From: Chthonomonadales bacterium
GTDB taxonomy: Bacteria; Armatimonadota; Chthonomonadetes; Chthonomonadales; CAJBBX01
Assembly (NCBI GenBank): GCA_020849275.1
Contig: JADLGO010000064.1
Coordinates: 6,289-70,288, forward strand
Reading direction: 5' to 3'
DNA: 64,000 nt
Position numbers and translations under genes: made by a program. The first letter of the stretch is position 1; every line of letters starts with the position of its first letter. Shown here one piece after another: positions 61,641 through 64,000 of this stretch. The notes under the pieces are model-generated. The model had not been told where the DNA came from. It was given only the letters and a program-made list of their open reading frames with translations, and ran no database searches.

Positions 61641-62105
61641 CTACTCGTACCTCTCCAGGATCGCGTCAAGATGATCGGGCGCGACGTCGCGGTGCAGGTC
61701 CTCGTCGACCATGATCGCTGGCGCGTGGTCGCAGGCGCCCAGGCACACGATCGGCAGCAGCGTGAACCGGCCGTCGGCCGTCGTCTGCCCCATCTCGACG
61801 CCGAGGCGCTCCGACAGGCGCTCCCGCAGCGCCCCATAGCCCATCAGCCAGCAGCTCACGCTGTCGCAGATCAGGATGATGTGCCGTCCGACCGGCTCCC
61901 GAAAGATGAGGTTGTAGAAGGTCGCAACCGCGTCCAGCTCGTCGACGGTCATCTCCAGGTGCCCGGCCACGTCGTGCAGCGCCTCGTCGGAGACCCAGCC
62001 CCGGTGTCGCTGCACGACTTTGAGCGCCTCGATGCAGACGGCCTGCTTGCGCGCGTAGTGGGGGATCTCCGCGTCGATCGCCTGTCGCTCGGTCTCGCTG
62101 AGCAT
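61641..62105 (-). CDS. nuoE: NADH-quinone oxidoreductase subunit E
   Basis: Track ORF trimmed to the ATG at 62103-62105 (GAGAGGG upstream). ILICDSVSCWLMG and VCLGACDHAPAIMV (2Fe-2S ligands). Confidence 0.9.
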   Translation of the reverse strand: MLSETERQAIDAEIPHYARKQAVCIEALKVVQRHRGWVSDEALHDVAGHLEMTVDELDAVATFYNLIFREPVGRHIILICDSVSCWLMGYGALRERLSERLGVEMGQTTADGRFTLLPIVCLGACDHAPAIMVDEDLHRDVAPDHLDAILERYE

Positions 62106-62119
62106 GTACGCCGCCCTCT

Positions 62120-63871
62120 CTAGCGGTCCACGTCTGCCAGGACGAAGTCGATGCTGCCAAGGATGGCCAGCAGGTCGGGGATCATGCCACCGCGGCTGAG
62201 CAGCGGCACGGTCTGTATGTGCGCGAACGACGGAGTGCGAATGCGGACACGGTACGGAATGGTGCCGCCGTCGCTGATCAGGTAGTAGCCGTTGGCGCCC
62301 TTGGTCGCCTCGATGGTGACAAGGGCCTCGCCGGGCGGGATGACCGGCCCCCAGGAGACGCCCAGGAAATGGGTGATGAGCGTCTCGATGTCGTGCATCG
62401 TGCGCTCCTTGAGCGGGGGGGTGGCCAAAGGGTGGTCCGACTTGTAGGGTCCGGACGGCATACCGTCCAGGCACTGCCGGATGATCCGCAGGCTCTGGCG
62501 CATCTCGGCCACGCGCACGACGGCGCGGTCATAGCAGTCGCCATGCTCGGCGGTGGGGATGTCGAACTCGAATTGCTCGTAGCCGGAGTACGGGCGCTTC
62601 GTGCGGAAGTCCCACGCGAAGCCGCACGCGCGCAGGTTGGGGCCGGTCACCCCCCAATCGATGGCCTCGTCCAGCGTGAACGCGCCGATGCCCTTCGTCC
62701 GGGCCTGGAAGATCCGGTTGCCCATGACCAGCGAGTCGTACTCGTCCAGGCGCGGCGGCATGTAGTCGAGGAACTCGCGCACCATCGCGTCCCAGCCGTT
62801 CGGCAGGTCCTGCGCGACCCCTCCGATCCGGAACCAGTTGGGGTGCATTCGCGCTCCGCAGACAGCCTCGATGATCTGGAAGGCGCGCTCTCGATCGGTA
62901 AACATGTAGAAGACCGGGGAGAGCTGCCCCACGTCCTGGGCGAACGTGCCGTACCAGACGAGGTGGCTGATGATGCGGAACAACTCGACGAGCATCACCC
63001 GTATGACCGTGGCCCGACCCGGCACGGTGATGCCGGCGAGCTCCTCCACCGCAAGGCAATAGGGCAGGTTGTTGGTGACGCCGGCCAGGTAGTCGATGCG
63101 GTCGGTGTAGGGGATGTAGGTGTGCCAGGACTGGCGCTCGCCCATCTTCTCGGCGCCGCGATGGTGATAGCCGATGTCGGGAACGGCGTCCAGGATGACC
63201 TCTCCATCGAGTTGCAGCACGATGCGCAGGATGCCGTGGGTGCCCGGGTGCTGCGGACCGACGTTGAGGAACATGAAGTCCGCGTCCTCACGGCGGCGCT
63301 TCAGGCCCCACTCCTCGGGGCGAAACAGCAGCGCCTCCTGCTCGGCCTGTTCCTTCTCCCGTGGCAGGCGGAACGGCTCCATGTCAGTGGCCCGCGCCGG
63401 GTGGTCCTTGCGCAGCGGGTGGCCGCTCCAGGTGGGGGGCATCAGGATGCGCCGCAGGTGCGGGTGGCCACGCGGAGTGACGCCGAACATGTCCCACATC
63501 TCGCGCTCGTACCAGTTGGCGCTCGGCCAGATGCCGGTGATCGTCGGCACTGTGGGCTGCTCGCCCTGGAGGGGCACCTTGATGCGGACGTCCGCGTTGC
63601 GCTCGAACGAGAGGAGGTGGTAGACGACGCTGAAGTCGGCGGCGGGCAGGCCGTCACGATGGGTGCGCACGCGCTCGTCCATCGCGGTCAGGTCGTAGAG
63701 CATGCGGTAGGGCGAGCGGACCCCGGCCTTGAGGTGGCGCAGCACGTCCGGGACGCGGTCGGCGCCGGTCCAGAGCGTCGGGACGCCGTCGCGCGTCGGC
63801 TGGACCGTGAAGGCGTCCGCGCCGAACCTCTCCTGAAGCTCCTCGACGATGGTTGGCTGCTCGGTCATCAT
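62120..63871 (-). CDS. nuoCD: Fused NADH-quinone oxidoreductase subunit C/D
   Basis: 583 aa. N-terminal NuoC-like part ([14 protein letters not shown]), then NuoD-like part ([23 protein letters not shown]..., HRGAEKM, RIRTPSF) in one ORF. Confidence 0.95.
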   Translation of the reverse strand: MMTEQPTIVEELQERFGADAFTVQPTRDGVPTLWTGADRVPDVLRHLKAGVRSPYRMLYDLTAMDERVRTHRDGLPAADFSVVYHLLSFERNADVRIKVPLQGEQPTVPTITGIWPSANWYEREMWDMFGVTPRGHPHLRRILMPPTWSGHPLRKDHPARATDMEPFRLPREKEQAEQEALLFRPEEWGLKRRREDADFMFLNVGPQHPGTHGILRIVLQLDGEVILDAVPDIGYHHRGAEKMGERQSWHTYIPYTDRIDYLAGVTNNLPYCLAVEELAGITVPGRATVIRVMLVELFRIISHLVWYGTFAQDVGQLSPVFYMFTDRERAFQIIEAVCGARMHPNWFRIGGVAQDLPNGWDAMVREFLDYMPPRLDEYDSLVMGNRIFQARTKGIGAFTLDEAIDWGVTGPNLRACGFAWDFRTKRPYSGYEQFEFDIPTAEHGDCYDRAVVRVAEMRQSLRIIRQCLDGMPSGPYKSDHPLATPPLKERTMHDIETLITHFLGVSWGPVIPPGEALVTIEATKGANGYYLISDGGTIPYRVRIRTPSFAHIQTVPLLSRGGMIPDLLAILGSIDFVLADVDR

Positions 63872-63897
63872 GAACCGACGCTCCCCCCGAGCGGTCT

Positions 63898-64000
63898 CTA
63901 CGATTCTTCCGGCGACCGCAGGAGGGTCTGTTCCTGGCGCGCGGGGCGCTTCAGGTCGCGCAGCGAGGGCATCGGCGGCCGGTAGACGCCCTCCTGCCCC
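63898..64000 (-). CDS. nuoB: NADH-quinone oxidoreductase subunit B, C-terminal end only (gene continues beyond the right edge)
   Basis: My translation of the minus strand gives ...[33 protein letters not shown]. It is collinear with the E. coli NuoB tail ([33 protein letters not shown]). TAG at 63898-63900. Confidence 0.75.
   Translation of the reverse strand, partial: GQEGVYRPPMPSLRDLKRPARQEQTLLRSPEES

Noticed and set aside
62116-62123. CTCTCTAG between nuoCD and nuoE, resembling half of the CTCTCTAGAGAG operator
   Set aside because: Only a half-site, with no symmetry partner. It lies inside a tightly packed operon where it is explained by the nuoCD stop codon plus the nuoE SD complement.
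1-64000. Search by eye for CRISPR arrays, tRNA/rRNA/tmRNA genes, transposase/integrase genes and long tandem repeats
   Set aside because: No regularly spaced repeats were found. The largest non-coding stretches are about 370 bp (5795-6162), about 300 bp (3404-3705) and about 235 bp (14108-14341). None shows cloverleaf-like or rRNA-like structure, and no ORF shows transposase or integrase motifs. A covariance-model scan (tRNAscan-SE/Infernal) would be needed to be certain.

Overview
High-GC (roughly 70% by eye) bacterial chromosomal segment, densely coding. I saw no rRNA, tRNA or CRISPR array. There are three blocks. (i) 1-47.5 kb is a large glycan-utilisation supercluster: ABC sugar-uptake genes, about ten exported glycosidase- or lyase-like proteins, a RhaT symporter, a TAT-exported oxidoreductase/isomerase pair, two sugar-type repressors with recognisable palindromic operators, and three 'prepilin N-terminus + H-X9-DG' (DUF1559-like) proteins. 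(ii) Embedded at 3.4-6.0 kb is a low-GC 2.6-kb cassette bracketed by 34-bp direct repeats. It carries a three-gene operon: a small PD-(D/E)XK nuclease-like gene, a Dam-type methyltransferase and an orphan 261-aa gene. This is my best candidate for an undescribed R-M-like or defence system. (iii) 47.6-64 kb is an E. coli-type nuoB-CD-E-F-G-H-I-J-K-L-M-N operon on the minus strand. It continues without a break into a cytochrome b::molybdopterin-oxidoreductase fusion gene and a TehA/TDT-family transporter. All family calls come from motif recognition by eye; no database search was run. The ORF track shows GTG/TTG starts as M. Several track ORFs were trimmed to internal starts with Shine-Dalgarno support. 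Many long track ORFs are antisense or out-of-frame shadows typical of high-GC DNA and were rejected. Operon structure is supported by many 4-nt start/stop overlaps (ATGA/GTGA/TTGA) at 507-510, 8322-8325, 21236-21239, 28874-28877, 38339-38342, 51735-51738, 53270-53273 and 57590-57593.
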